DNA of 39,338 nucleotides from a virus: IMG/VR virus record IMGVR_UViG_3300034684_000358, positions 1-39,338 of that record. The stretch is one strand, 5' to 3'. Positions 16,774 to 26,086 of this stretch are shown one piece after another. Position numbers and translations under genes: made by a program. Below the pieces are notes generated by a model. The model ran no database searches. It saw only the letters and a program-made list of their open reading frames with translations, and was not told where the DNA came from. Position 1 is the stretch's first letter, and the number at the start of each line of letters is the position of its first letter.

Positions 16774-17685
16774 TTAACCTCCAAAGAGGTGATAATCGCC
16801 CAAATTCAGCTTTTTCTGCTTAGGAATTATCCTATCCAGCAACCCTTTCTTCACCTCTTTCTTCTCTTCCTTCTTCTTTTCTTCAGGCTTAATAAAGCCC
16901 TTCTCAATCAAATCTTCCTCAGGAAGTAGAATCACCCTGTTATAATCAGTAATCACCTTATAATAAGCCTTCCCCTTATAATCAATCTTCTCAGCTTCCC
17001 CATTCACAAACTTCTCATATGCATTTAACTTTATCCTCTCTGACAGCACCTCATTAATAACCCGGGTGGCTGCCTCCATCGTTTTATCAGGACTTTTATC
17101 AAACAAATCTACTGCCTTCTGCAAATCTGCATAATAATTCCTCTGCAATTCCAAAGCCTGCGTTTCAGTCAGGACAGGACTCCCCAATGCAGATTTGTAA
17201 AGATCTCCCACCCAATTCTTGATTGCAGTAACAGCATCTTTGGTTTGGTCATCCCCTTTGTGCATAGCTGCTTGCAGCGCAGCTAGAGCCTTAACCCTCT
17301 CAATCTTGAGTTTTTCCCTATCAAGATCAAGCCCCTTCTCTCCCAAATCCTTCTGTATATTATGCCACCTAACAGTTTCTCCCAAATCCTCCTCTTTAAG
17401 AGAGGTGCCCCACAAGGCAGCTCCGGCATTAATAAGCTGCTCGGGAGAGAGGACTCCGGATTGGGAAGCTGTTCTCAAAGCACCTAAGGTCCAGCTTTTG
17501 GGATCGCTGGGATCCAATCCAGCATTTTTCAGCTGCTCTGCAAAAGCTCGCATCTTCTGCTGCTTCTCCATCTCCTGCAACATTGCATATCCCTTAACAG
17601 GATCTCTTGACCCTGCAGCTGCTGCACCAATGCTGGTTGCGACATCAGCCAATTTTGGGCTTGTTAAAACATCTAGGAGTCCCAT
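16774..17685 (-). CDS. Hypothetical virion protein, 303 aa; internal-protein position
   Basis: GGAGG upstream. Coiled-coil-rich with a Lys/Glu-rich C-terminus. Confidence 0.6.
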   Translation of the reverse strand: MGLLDVLTSPKLADVATSIGAAAAGSRDPVKGYAMLQEMEKQQKMRAFAEQLKNAGLDPSDPKSWTLGALRTASQSGVLSPEQLINAGAALWGTSLKEEDLGETVRWHNIQKDLGEKGLDLDREKLKIERVKALAALQAAMHKGDDQTKDAVTAIKNWVGDLYKSALGSPVLTETQALELQRNYYADLQKAVDLFDKSPDKTMEAATRVINEVLSERIKLNAYEKFVNGEAEKIDYKGKAYYKVITDYNRVILLPEEDLIEKGFIKPEEKKKEEKKEVKKGLLDRIIPKQKKLNLGDYHLFGG

Positions 17686-17706
17686 CTTTCTTATACCTCC
17701 AGCATA

Positions 17707-18642
17707 TTAATAATCCCCTTCGGGACCATATCCCCCATCTCCACCAAAACCATCACCATCACTATCACTATCAGCATCTCCACCACCACCTTCACCACCA
17801 ACACTGCTGCCTACACCATATCCACCAAATCCTTCTCCATAACCAAATCCAGATTCGGCAAATCCTTCAGATGAGGAACCTCCACCTCCATCTCGGCTGA
17901 TGGAAGCAGACACATTGCCAAAAACATCTATATCAAGAGATGTGCTAAAACCGAGCTGCTCCGGAGTATATCCGAAACTAGAGACTGTTGGATCAAGTGA
18001 TACATCAAATCCAAGCGGTGTGCCAGTCAAGGAGGCACTAAGAGATGTTCCAGTCAAATCTCCTGTTGAGAGAAGGCCCAACTCTTCAGCTCCCCATCTG
18101 GCTGCTTTTGGCGCAACAGCTCCCAGCAATCCTCCTACAACAGATCCGATTGGACCGAATGCAGAACCGATAGCTGACCCAACCGTAGCTGTAGCAGGAG
18201 AGGAGAGCGCAACAGCCACACCAACAGGATCGTCTTCAAAAGCTGCCTCCAGGAAATCGCCAAAAACAGAAGCTCCAGGAACTCCTGCTATTGCAGCCGC
18301 CTTCCCTAACTCAGATCCATACTCACCTAAAAGTCCTCTAATAGCATCAGCTAGCGGACCTTCAAAAGCTGTTTCCGGTGCAGATAAATCAGGCACAGTC
18401 CCCGCATCCACAAAACCACCTTCTCCAACAACTTGCTGAGCAGGCTTGGTTATTTTAGCTGGCACCTCTCTAATCTGCCCTGCCATATCCAACACACTGG
18501 TAGGCTGTGTGGAAGGAGATGTTGCACCAGCATATTGCTTATACAACTCCTCCAACATATCTAGGTAATTATTATATAAGGATATTATTTCAGGATATTG
18601 AAAATCCTCGTAATATGTCCTCATCTCGTCGAAAGATGGCAT
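17707..18642 (-). CDS. Hypothetical virion protein, 311 aa, with an extreme Gly/Ser/Asp low-complexity C-terminus
   Basis: AAGGAG lies 7 nt upstream. The C-terminus reads GGGGSSSEGFAESGFGYGEGFGGYG...GGGGDADSDSDGDGFGGDGGYG. Confidence 0.6.
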   Translation of the reverse strand: MPSFDEMRTYYEDFQYPEIISLYNNYLDMLEELYKQYAGATSPSTQPTSVLDMAGQIREVPAKITKPAQQVVGEGGFVDAGTVPDLSAPETAFEGPLADAIRGLLGEYGSELGKAAAIAGVPGASVFGDFLEAAFEDDPVGVAVALSSPATATVGSAIGSAFGPIGSVVGGLLGAVAPKAARWGAEELGLLSTGDLTGTSLSASLTGTPLGFDVSLDPTVSSFGYTPEQLGFSTSLDIDVFGNVSASISRDGGGGSSSEGFAESGFGYGEGFGGYGVGSSVGGEGGGGDADSDSDGDGFGGDGGYGPEGDY

Positions 18643-18653
18643 GAATTATCTCC

Positions 18654-19277
18654 TTACCACGCATTGATAATATCCCAGACATCACGTCCAAAATCCAATA
18701 GCCCCTGCCCAGCTTGCACAAGACCAGGAAGGGCGCCAGCCCATTGCTGCAAATCGCTAGGCTGTCCAGCTTTAGCTGCCTCCACCCTAGCTGCCGCATC
18801 CTTGCTGGCAGCAGCAGCCTGTATTTCGGCGATGGTCATTTGGGTAGCTGTTTGCAGGGCTGTCTGGGCTAATGCAGCTGCTGTTTGCTTATCAACAATT
18901 CCCATCTTCGTAGCGGCATCAATTTTAGCCAACTCCCTCTGCAAATCAGCATTGATTGTAGCAATCTTCTGATCAGTATCTGCCCCAATCAATGTCCTCT
19001 GCGTGGCACCCTTCTGCTCTACATTTGTTTTTGCAGCTCCTAACTCCAGATTACTTAGGGCAGATAAATATTGATTGCCCAAATCTGCCAGACCAGTCCT
19101 AGCTACAGCACTATCCAGCACACCCCTAGAAGCCAACCCACCAAGAACAGATGGGACTGTCCTCATGTAAGCATCCTGCAATGCCCTTCTGCCAACAGCT
19201 GTTGTTTTAGCCAGCTGCGGGTCCATCTGCGAGAAGGATAGGTTTTCTGGTGCCTGAATATCAAGCAAGCCTGCCAT
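18654..19277 (-). CDS. Hypothetical virion protein, 207 aa
   Basis: TAGGAGGATGTT upstream of the ATG. Ala/Gln-rich helical sequence. Confidence 0.6.
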   Translation of the reverse strand: MAGLLDIQAPENLSFSQMDPQLAKTTAVGRRALQDAYMRTVPSVLGGLASRGVLDSAVARTGLADLGNQYLSALSNLELGAAKTNVEQKGATQRTLIGADTDQKIATINADLQRELAKIDAATKMGIVDKQTAAALAQTALQTATQMTIAEIQAAAASKDAAARVEAAKAGQPSDLQQWAGALPGLVQAGQGLLDFGRDVWDIINAW

Positions 19278-19292
19278 AACATCCTCCTACAA

Positions 19293-21194
19293 TCACATCG
19301 TTGGTTCAATTGCTGTATCGGTAAATATGAGGGTGAGAGGACCAAGCTGTACAAGTTGCGCATTTTTATTCACATCATCAATTGGAGATATGAGCTGAAT
19401 TTGCACTGTTCTGCAAGAAATTCTGATTTGAGCTTTTAGCATCCTTTCCAATAGAAATGTCCCCTGAAAAGAAGGCCTCTCCACTCCATCAACAAAACAC
19501 CTCAAAGAGATGAAATCAGAAATATCCCCATCTGTCTCAATATATACACCACGCAAAACCTTCCTTGTAAAGGAGCTTCCTAATAACAAATCTCCTGTTT
19601 TGAGAGATACCTCAATCCTATCTCCATCATCATCTACCTGATTGTCCAAAAACTCATAGATGTGGCCGTTAGTAGCGGCCAAAAACAGCCTGCCACCACT
19701 CTCACATAAATAAACGGGATTGATGTTTGCAAAAACATATCTAACCCAAGGCCCTCCCAATTTGCTGGGATCAAATCTATTTATCGCCATCACAAACAGA
19801 ACATTTGCTGTCTGTCCCTTAATAATTACATGCCTATCCTGATGGTAGTAAAAGGCATTTGGATTGGACAGCTCACTTGCAGAAATACTCAACCCACTCA
19901 CATCATATAGGGTGCGGCTACCTGTCTCATCAATCTTATGCACCCCAACCCATCCATTGCCAACAATATAAAGGGCCTCATTTATTACGAACAGCTTGCC
20001 TCCATGAGCAAGCCTATCTACCTCAGCAAGACTGTCAATGGGATCTATTTTGTACAGGATGGTGTTGGCAGCTCCTCTACAAATCCCCGACACAAACAGC
20101 CTATCGTCCCAATACACCATCCCTTCAATAGATGAGGAACCATCATCTCCAAATGTGAAAAATCCGCCACCTTGCCAGAAATCATCCACATCCCTAACAC
20201 CACTATACCACACTTCTGGAGCAGCTGCCAGAAAGATGCGAGATCTTGCAACAATTCCAAATGTAGGAGCTGGTTTCCCAGTCCCATTTACAGTTGCATA
20301 TAGCACATACCCAGCATGCCCACTCTTCCAAGCTCCATCATAATAGACAGAACCTCCATCAGCTAGAGGACCGCCAGATATTTCTGCAACAGAAGATTCA
20401 CCAGTAGTTCTATTCAAACATCTCACAACAACATAATATGTTGTGTTTGCATCTAGCTCAACACCATTAAACTCAAACAGCATTTGTGTGTAGGAGGATG
20501 TGAGGGAAGCTGCCTCATATGTTGTTGTACTATCAGCTATTAGTGTAGTACCTTCATAAATGGAAGCTACCAAACTGCCATCCGCAGCAGAAACCTCTTT
20601 AATCCAAATACCAAAGGAGTTTATCCTTCTCTTATATGAAGATGGGGTGAGGCTGATACCTACCCTACTATTTGTTGATGTAAGGGATAATCCAGATATA
20701 TGGAAGGCATCCTGTGTTGCAGCATTTAGCAGTCCATCATAATGGCTGCCACAAATAAATAAGGAGGCGCCATCCCATCTTTTCAGCCTTCCCCCATCAC
20801 AAACAATCAAATCATCCATAAAATTGAATAGATAAGCTGCCCCTTCCACATCAAATAATTTTGTAAATATCCCTGACTGCAAATCAAAATTGTAAACAGA
20901 CTTGTTTGTTGCAACATATATGGAGGAAGCATCTTTGGGAAGGACGCAGCTGATTGTTTCTTCTACAATAGGAGTTGATGAAATGCGGGCGAGTCCGGGA
21001 CGGCCTAAATATAAAAATCCATTTTTGTAGCAGCAATTTTTTGCCTCAGCCAATCCTTCCTCAGGAATTAACCGAGGCATCAAGAGGGGGAATTCTCCCA
21101 GATTGAAGCCAGAAATACTGAGCAGCCTCGTCCCTAAAAAGCCAGATGTCTGGTCTGCACCCGCCTGAACTTGCTGGGATTGTCTCTGCGCCAT
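19293..21194 (-). CDS. Tail tubular/nozzle-like protein, 633 aa
   Basis: Size and position (after the adaptor-like gene, before the internal proteins) parallel T7 gp12-type gene order. No motif confirmation. The start overlaps the upstream gene by 61 nt. Confidence 0.45.
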   Translation of the reverse strand: MAQRQSQQVQAGADQTSGFLGTRLLSISGFNLGEFPLLMPRLIPEEGLAEAKNCCYKNGFLYLGRPGLARISSTPIVEETISCVLPKDASSIYVATNKSVYNFDLQSGIFTKLFDVEGAAYLFNFMDDLIVCDGGRLKRWDGASLFICGSHYDGLLNAATQDAFHISGLSLTSTNSRVGISLTPSSYKRRINSFGIWIKEVSAADGSLVASIYEGTTLIADSTTTYEAASLTSSYTQMLFEFNGVELDANTTYYVVVRCLNRTTGESSVAEISGGPLADGGSVYYDGAWKSGHAGYVLYATVNGTGKPAPTFGIVARSRIFLAAAPEVWYSGVRDVDDFWQGGGFFTFGDDGSSSIEGMVYWDDRLFVSGICRGAANTILYKIDPIDSLAEVDRLAHGGKLFVINEALYIVGNGWVGVHKIDETGSRTLYDVSGLSISASELSNPNAFYYHQDRHVIIKGQTANVLFVMAINRFDPSKLGGPWVRYVFANINPVYLCESGGRLFLAATNGHIYEFLDNQVDDDGDRIEVSLKTGDLLLGSSFTRKVLRGVYIETDGDISDFISLRCFVDGVERPSFQGTFLLERMLKAQIRISCRTVQIQLISPIDDVNKNAQLVQLGPLTLIFTDTAIEPTM

Positions 21195-21769
21195 TGGTTG
21201 TCCTCAATATCTTGCTCAAGCTCCTTGAGGATTGATCTCCAGGTAGTTAATCTACCATCCTCTCTCAAATACGGTGCACTAAACAGCAACGTGCGGAAAT
21301 AGATGAGGTCAAAATAATTGTCCAAAAAATCATTGTTGGGGTTTATCATTGAGAGAGGCTGCAACTTTTTCTTATATTTCAATTTGTAGCTGTACGTATT
21401 ATCTGCTTTAGGAAGTAGAATCAGACTCCCTCCTTCTGGATAACAAACAGCTGGAATACCAACATCATCCTCCCTAAAATCCGTAATCCTATCCTCCGAA
21501 GCCAAATCTACAAAATATCTCCTCCCATCTTTGATCAAAATCAGCTTTCTAAACTCAAAATAATCTTCAGGAAGGATGATACTATTATCTCCTCCCATCA
21601 AGGTGCCTGTCGAAATCCCCCTAAAACAATCCAAATCAAATCTTCTGTGGCACCATGCCTCCGCAAATGTAATCCATTGCGGAATGAGGGAGGAGGAGGA
21701 GATAGCTCCTCCCAGCTCCCTCTCAATAGCTGCCACTAGATCCTGATATGAGTAGGAAAAAGTGGCCAT
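21134..21769 (-). CDS. Head-tail adaptor / tail tubular A-like protein, 211 aa
   Basis: Call rests on position in the capsid -> tail gene order. SD GGAG upstream. Confidence 0.4.
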   Translation of the reverse strand: MATFSYSYQDLVAAIERELGGAISSSSLIPQWITFAEAWCHRRFDLDCFRGISTGTLMGGDNSIILPEDYFEFRKLILIKDGRRYFVDLASEDRITDFREDDVGIPAVCYPEGGSLILLPKADNTYSYKLKYKKKLQPLSMINPNNDFLDNYFDLIYFRTLLFSAPYLREDGRLTTWRSILKELEQDIEDNQWRRDNPSKFRRVQTRHLAF

Positions 21770-21772
21770 CTG

Positions 21773-22168
21773 TTACTCCATCACATAAAACAGCACCAAG
21801 GTGATTGTGCCAGTTGCAGTTGCTCCAGCTGTGGTGATGGTGATCCACTTCTCAGTAGTATAGGAGTAGGGAATGCCCAGATTAAACCTGGAAGCAACGA
21901 CAGCTGCGGAAGCAACATCCATATCATTGTAGAAGCGATCCGCATCATCCTCATCACCAATATCAATGGTGACACCTACTCCCAAAGCATCCGCACTCAC
22001 ATACCCATCCACCACAGTGCAATTGGCAGGCACCTTGCACATCCTAATTGTGCTACCAGCTGCAAGAGAGCTGGCCTCATAGGTGCTGACTACACAGGCC
22101 AGATTGCCCTTATCCCCAAAGAAGACAGGGCTGTAATCATATCCCTTATCTGCATACACAGTAGCCAT
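21773..22168 (-). CDS. Small capsid-associated protein, 131 aa; possible decoration protein
   Basis: Lies immediately downstream of the capsid gene. GAAGGAG upstream. Beta-rich sequence. Confidence 0.35.
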   Translation of the reverse strand: MATVYADKGYDYSPVFFGDKGNLACVVSTYEASSLAAGSTIRMCKVPANCTVVDGYVSADALGVGVTIDIGDEDDADRFYNDMDVASAAVVASRFNLGIPYSYTTEKWITITTAGATATGTITLVLFYVME

Positions 22169-22194
22169 TTACCTTACTCCTTCACGTCGTGAAA

Positions 22195-23319
22195 TTATTG
22201 GATAGCAACGTCCACAGCCACCACACCATGATCGGTGTTATTGAAAGTTACCTTCTTAAATCCAATGATGGTGCCAGCATCCACAACCAGCACATTCCCT
22301 CTGTCCTCATACTCCTCCACCCACTCAAAGCTCAGCCCATTGCCAGGAGAGCCATTCGCCATAACCAGCGCCTGAGCCCCCAGCACCAGGCAGCGAGCAT
22401 ACGCAACGCCACCAGAATTGGTTGCGGAGGGGATTTTGCTGTAGGTGGTGAGGATCAAATTGCGATAGGTCCCAAGGCTGTATTTGAAGAGAGGATTGTC
22501 CAATCCTCTGCTTCCAGCATACTGGACAATAGATCCCCAGTCACCTGCGTCAAAGCTGCTCCGCAACGCCCACTCGCTGTAAGGGTCCATCACCAACACA
22601 TATTTGGGAGTGTCATCTCCCACATTGATGGGATGAGGCGGGACATCCATTGTCTGGATTTTGTAAATAATGTAATCCAACAAATCCCGACTCATATTAT
22701 CACCAGCCACCAAATCATCCACACTAGAATTGCTGGTAGGATAGGAAGCATCTGCGATGATGTGATGAGCAGCATCCGGCGCTGTCAGGCTATTACCAGC
22801 AAATCCACTAAAGGTGGTAGGAAGCAACCATTGATTGGTGCCGGTTCCTCTCATACCAGCCAGGTAGCAGGTAATAACCTCATCACCCCATCTAACAAAC
22901 CAGTCAGCCAGCTGATCTTTGGCAATGTTACGAAGATCATGAACCGTCCTTTTACGGCTCATCCTCCCGCCAGTATCAACACCATGCCGTTTCTGGTCAA
23001 TCTTAACAGAGTCGCTGTACAGGGTGAGGGATTCCTCATTCCCAGCCAGCCGCTCATCCCCATCAACACCAATGCCACTCAGGCGATTGACGATGTCATA
23101 ATACACCTGGTCGCCAGCACCCTTTTCCAAATCCTTAATAATTTGGATGGGCATGTTAGGAGAGGTCGCCATATAAGAGGCAACTTCCTTGGTCCTGTTA
23201 AACTTCTTTCCTGCCAGCCTAGAGAACCAGAAAGATTGTCCCAAAAACTGGGTGGCAAGAAAGGCACTATACTTTTTTACCGCTTGTGCATCGGTAGTGT
23301 GAATAACTGTCCTGGCCAT
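22195..23319 (-). CDS. Major capsid protein (HK97 fold, N4 gp56-like family)
   Basis: Portal-scaffold-capsid order. The N-terminal third (AVKKYSAFLATQFLGQSFWFSRLAG...GAGDQVYYDIVNRLSGIGVDGDERLAGNEESL) resembles my recollection of the N4-gp56-type capsid family. Rare codons TTA/CTA/TCA are avoided. Confidence 0.75.
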   Translation of the reverse strand: MARTVIHTTDAQAVKKYSAFLATQFLGQSFWFSRLAGKKFNRTKEVASYMATSPNMPIQIIKDLEKGAGDQVYYDIVNRLSGIGVDGDERLAGNEESLTLYSDSVKIDQKRHGVDTGGRMSRKRTVHDLRNIAKDQLADWFVRWGDEVITCYLAGMRGTGTNQWLLPTTFSGFAGNSLTAPDAAHHIIADASYPTSNSSVDDLVAGDNMSRDLLDYIIYKIQTMDVPPHPINVGDDTPKYVLVMDPYSEWALRSSFDAGDWGSIVQYAGSRGLDNPLFKYSLGTYRNLILTTYSKIPSATNSGGVAYARCLVLGAQALVMANGSPGNGLSFEWVEEYEDRGNVLVVDAGTIIGFKKVTFNNTDHGVVAVDVAIQ

Positions 23320-23322
23320 CTA

Positions 23323-24264
23323 TCACTCCTCAAATAATTTTTCAATTTCATCTGGACGCATACTCAACATTGCCAACTCAAGATCTGCACCACTTAAATC
23401 TGTGACCCTTTTAGGTTTTCCTCCATCACCACTTACCCTGCTGATTGAGGGAGGCACTTCCACAGCACCTCTATTTGCAGCTGTCTTGGCAGATTGCTGA
23501 TTATTTTGAGATGTCCCACTCCCAAGAGCCTGCAACATCGCTCTTGCTTTTCTGGTAACATCCTCCAAATGCTTTCTGGCTTTACTGGGACTGAGTTGAC
23601 TAATATCCTCAATCCCCATTTTCTGAAACTCAGCTCGATCAAGCGCCCTAACAATTTCAGCTGCAACAGGATCTTCCAAAATATCCCTATTCTCTTCAGC
23701 CCAATCCTGCACAATTCCCTTCAGAGTGGCAGCTTTGGTTTGGATCATCAGGTTCTGCATAGCCGCAGTAGCATAATGCTTTGCCTTCAACTCCGCTTCC
23801 AAAGCAGCTTGTTTTTTGAAAGCCTCCCTCATCTCATACAAGGCATCAACACCCTTATTTGACACATACTCCCTGAAACTGTCCTTATCCATCTCAAGCA
23901 GCTGCTCAAGAGGATCTTTTTGCTGCGGCTGTTTTGCTGCCCCACTATCCTGCTTCTCATACAGATGCTTCTGAACCAACTGCTGCAGAATCTCATTCTG
24001 CTTTTTCAGCTCCTGTGCCTGCTTCCTGGCCTCCTCCAATTCCTTATAAGGAATGATGTGCTTACCATCCTTAGCCAGTATGCCTTCCACAGGTTGGTCT
24101 TCAGAATGTTCTCCTGAATCCGAATCTTCAACTCCATCATCAGGCTGGACCTTATCCTCATCTACATCTTCTACAGGTTCCGGTCCAAAACCAGGCTCAA
24201 AAACCTCCTCATCAAGATCATCCACATTGACATTCACATCTTTGTTTTCGGTTTGCTGACTCAT
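23323..24264 (-). CDS. Scaffolding protein
   Basis: Lies between portal and capsid. Acidic N-terminus and long coiled-coil-like sequence. GGAGGAG upstream. Confidence 0.55.
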   Translation of the reverse strand: MSQQTENKDVNVNVDDLDEEVFEPGFGPEPVEDVDEDKVQPDDGVEDSDSGEHSEDQPVEGILAKDGKHIIPYKELEEARKQAQELKKQNEILQQLVQKHLYEKQDSGAAKQPQQKDPLEQLLEMDKDSFREYVSNKGVDALYEMREAFKKQAALEAELKAKHYATAAMQNLMIQTKAATLKGIVQDWAEENRDILEDPVAAEIVRALDRAEFQKMGIEDISQLSPSKARKHLEDVTRKARAMLQALGSGTSQNNQQSAKTAANRGAVEVPPSISRVSGDGGKPKRVTDLSGADLELAMLSMRPDEIEKLFEE

Positions 24265-24280
24265 ACCATCTCCTCCGCAC

Positions 24281-26086
24281 TTATCGCTGTGCCGGCGTCA
24301 GATTTTGTTTTGTTGCTGGGACTTGTGGGAAGCTACCACCCTGAACCTGTCCCTGCTGTGCAGACATTATCGCAGCCTGCTCCGCGGACTGATTAATTTG
24401 TTGCCTTATCTCATCCTTACTTGGAACGTCAAGAAAGTCAAGCCACAAGTTCATGAGAGGTGCCTGAAGCTGCGGAGGCGCAACCTTCAAAATTTCAGTA
24501 ATGTGCGTTGCCATATACTGTCGCTCACTACTGAACGGCGCCCTGAAGCTAACCACCAAATCTGCCTGCAAATTTTGCAAGCTGTTCTCAACAACAACCT
24601 GACCAGTTGTCGGATCAACCTTGGGCTGATTGATAGATAGAAAAGCAGCCTGTCCCTTGGCATCTGTTATCCTCAAAATCCTCGGCCCTCTATAATACTG
24701 CTTTATTAAATCCATCACCTCAATTGCCAATTTCTTTTCTGCATTCATTGCCGATTTCAGAAACAAAACCAAGGATGTTTGTGTCCCCTCCCTTCTAGCT
24801 TGGATTGCGGCTCCAGTCCTCGCATTCGTAGGCTGACCAATAGCATCACTATAAACCCCGCTGATCAGCCTGATCTCATTGATTGCATCCATCATCAATT
24901 CTAGATGCCCCTTAGCCAGCTCCAAATTCCTCAGCAGCTCAAAACTCCTATTCGGCCTTTTAACTATCACCCCCTCTGGATCTGCTAATTCCTCCCTCAA
25001 AGCATCCACATCAGGCACAGCTCCCTCGTCCATCACAACCTGATTCATATTCAAAAAGTGGATTGCCTTACTCCTCCTCTTATTGACCTCATCCTGCGGA
25101 TCAATCAGATCAGCCACCATTCCTCTTGGCTCATACCTCTCATCATCCCAATCAAACACAACAGGCACATATGGGAAGTTGAAATGTTTGTATGGAGTCC
25201 TACTCTCATACAATACGAAGGGGCCGCATATGATGCTCATATATGGCACCCGCACAGGCGCCTCAACAAGCTGCTCCCCAGCTGCGACCAAACTAGAATG
25301 CAACTCTTCATCAAAGGGAATCAAGACATCCCCACTAATTATACAAGGAAGCCTCTCAAATTTATATTCCCACCATTCCATCAACTGCACCCGATCTAAC
25401 GTGCGGTCATACCACGCCCCGATGGAAGGGCCGACGGTCCTATCTTCCTCATTAACCATCTTCGGGTCAACATACATCCAATCAGGCATCCACATATCCT
25501 GATGAATAGCTTCATCAATTTGCTTCCTGTATTCCGGAAAGGCTTCCTTCACCGCATCAACAGATGCCCACTTCACCCTGGCCATATACTGAGCATCTGA
25601 CAAATCCATCCTCTTCGCAGAGGAATCCCAAATCATTTCATTCCAACTCACATAATCCACTTCAACCGGGTCAGCTGTAATAATCTGATTCCTTTGAGCG
25701 CACCACCAACCAATCCCGACATCAAAAGCATCTCTTGCAACCCACAGCCTCTTGGTTTCCACATCATTTATATCAAACACATAATCAATCACCTGGGCCA
25801 TCATCCAGGCTTTCTCATTATCATCTCCTGATCTAGGCAGAACAGTAACAACCCTCTTCAAAGCATCAAACAAACTAATCACAAATCTCCTCACAGGAGC
25901 AATTTGATTATATACAATCGCAGGCTGATTCCTCTTCCTCAATACCTCCTTTTCTTCCTCCGTCCACTGCCTGCCCGCAACATACTGCTTACATTTGGAG
26001 CCAAGAGCAAAGAAGCTGCTCATCTTCTCCAAGCTCCGCTCCCACTTCCTGTAAGTATCCTCACTCACATAAATAGGCTTCGCCAT
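24281..26086 (-). CDS. Portal protein
   Basis: 601 aa. The start abuts the terminase stop and the gene is followed by scaffold and capsid. Confidence 0.75.
   Translation of the reverse strand: MAKPIYVSEDTYRKWERSLEKMSSFFALGSKCKQYVAGRQWTEEEKEVLRKRNQPAIVYNQIAPVRRFVISLFDALKRVVTVLPRSGDDNEKAWMMAQVIDYVFDINDVETKRLWVARDAFDVGIGWWCAQRNQIITADPVEVDYVSWNEMIWDSSAKRMDLSDAQYMARVKWASVDAVKEAFPEYRKQIDEAIHQDMWMPDWMYVDPKMVNEEDRTVGPSIGAWYDRTLDRVQLMEWWEYKFERLPCIISGDVLIPFDEELHSSLVAAGEQLVEAPVRVPYMSIICGPFVLYESRTPYKHFNFPYVPVVFDWDDERYEPRGMVADLIDPQDEVNKRRSKAIHFLNMNQVVMDEGAVPDVDALREELADPEGVIVKRPNRSFELLRNLELAKGHLELMMDAINEIRLISGVYSDAIGQPTNARTGAAIQARREGTQTSLVLFLKSAMNAEKKLAIEVMDLIKQYYRGPRILRITDAKGQAAFLSINQPKVDPTTGQVVVENSLQNLQADLVVSFRAPFSSERQYMATHITEILKVAPPQLQAPLMNLWLDFLDVPSKDEIRQQINQSAEQAAIMSAQQGQVQGGSFPQVPATKQNLTPAQR

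Noticed and set aside
22189-23337. 382-aa plus-strand ORF spanning the whole capsid gene antisense
   Set aside because: It is in the codon-aligned antisense register of the capsid gene, so it stays open simply because the capsid gene avoids TTA, CTA and TCA codons. It has no SD. The minus-strand gene has an SD, coupling and capsid-like sequence.
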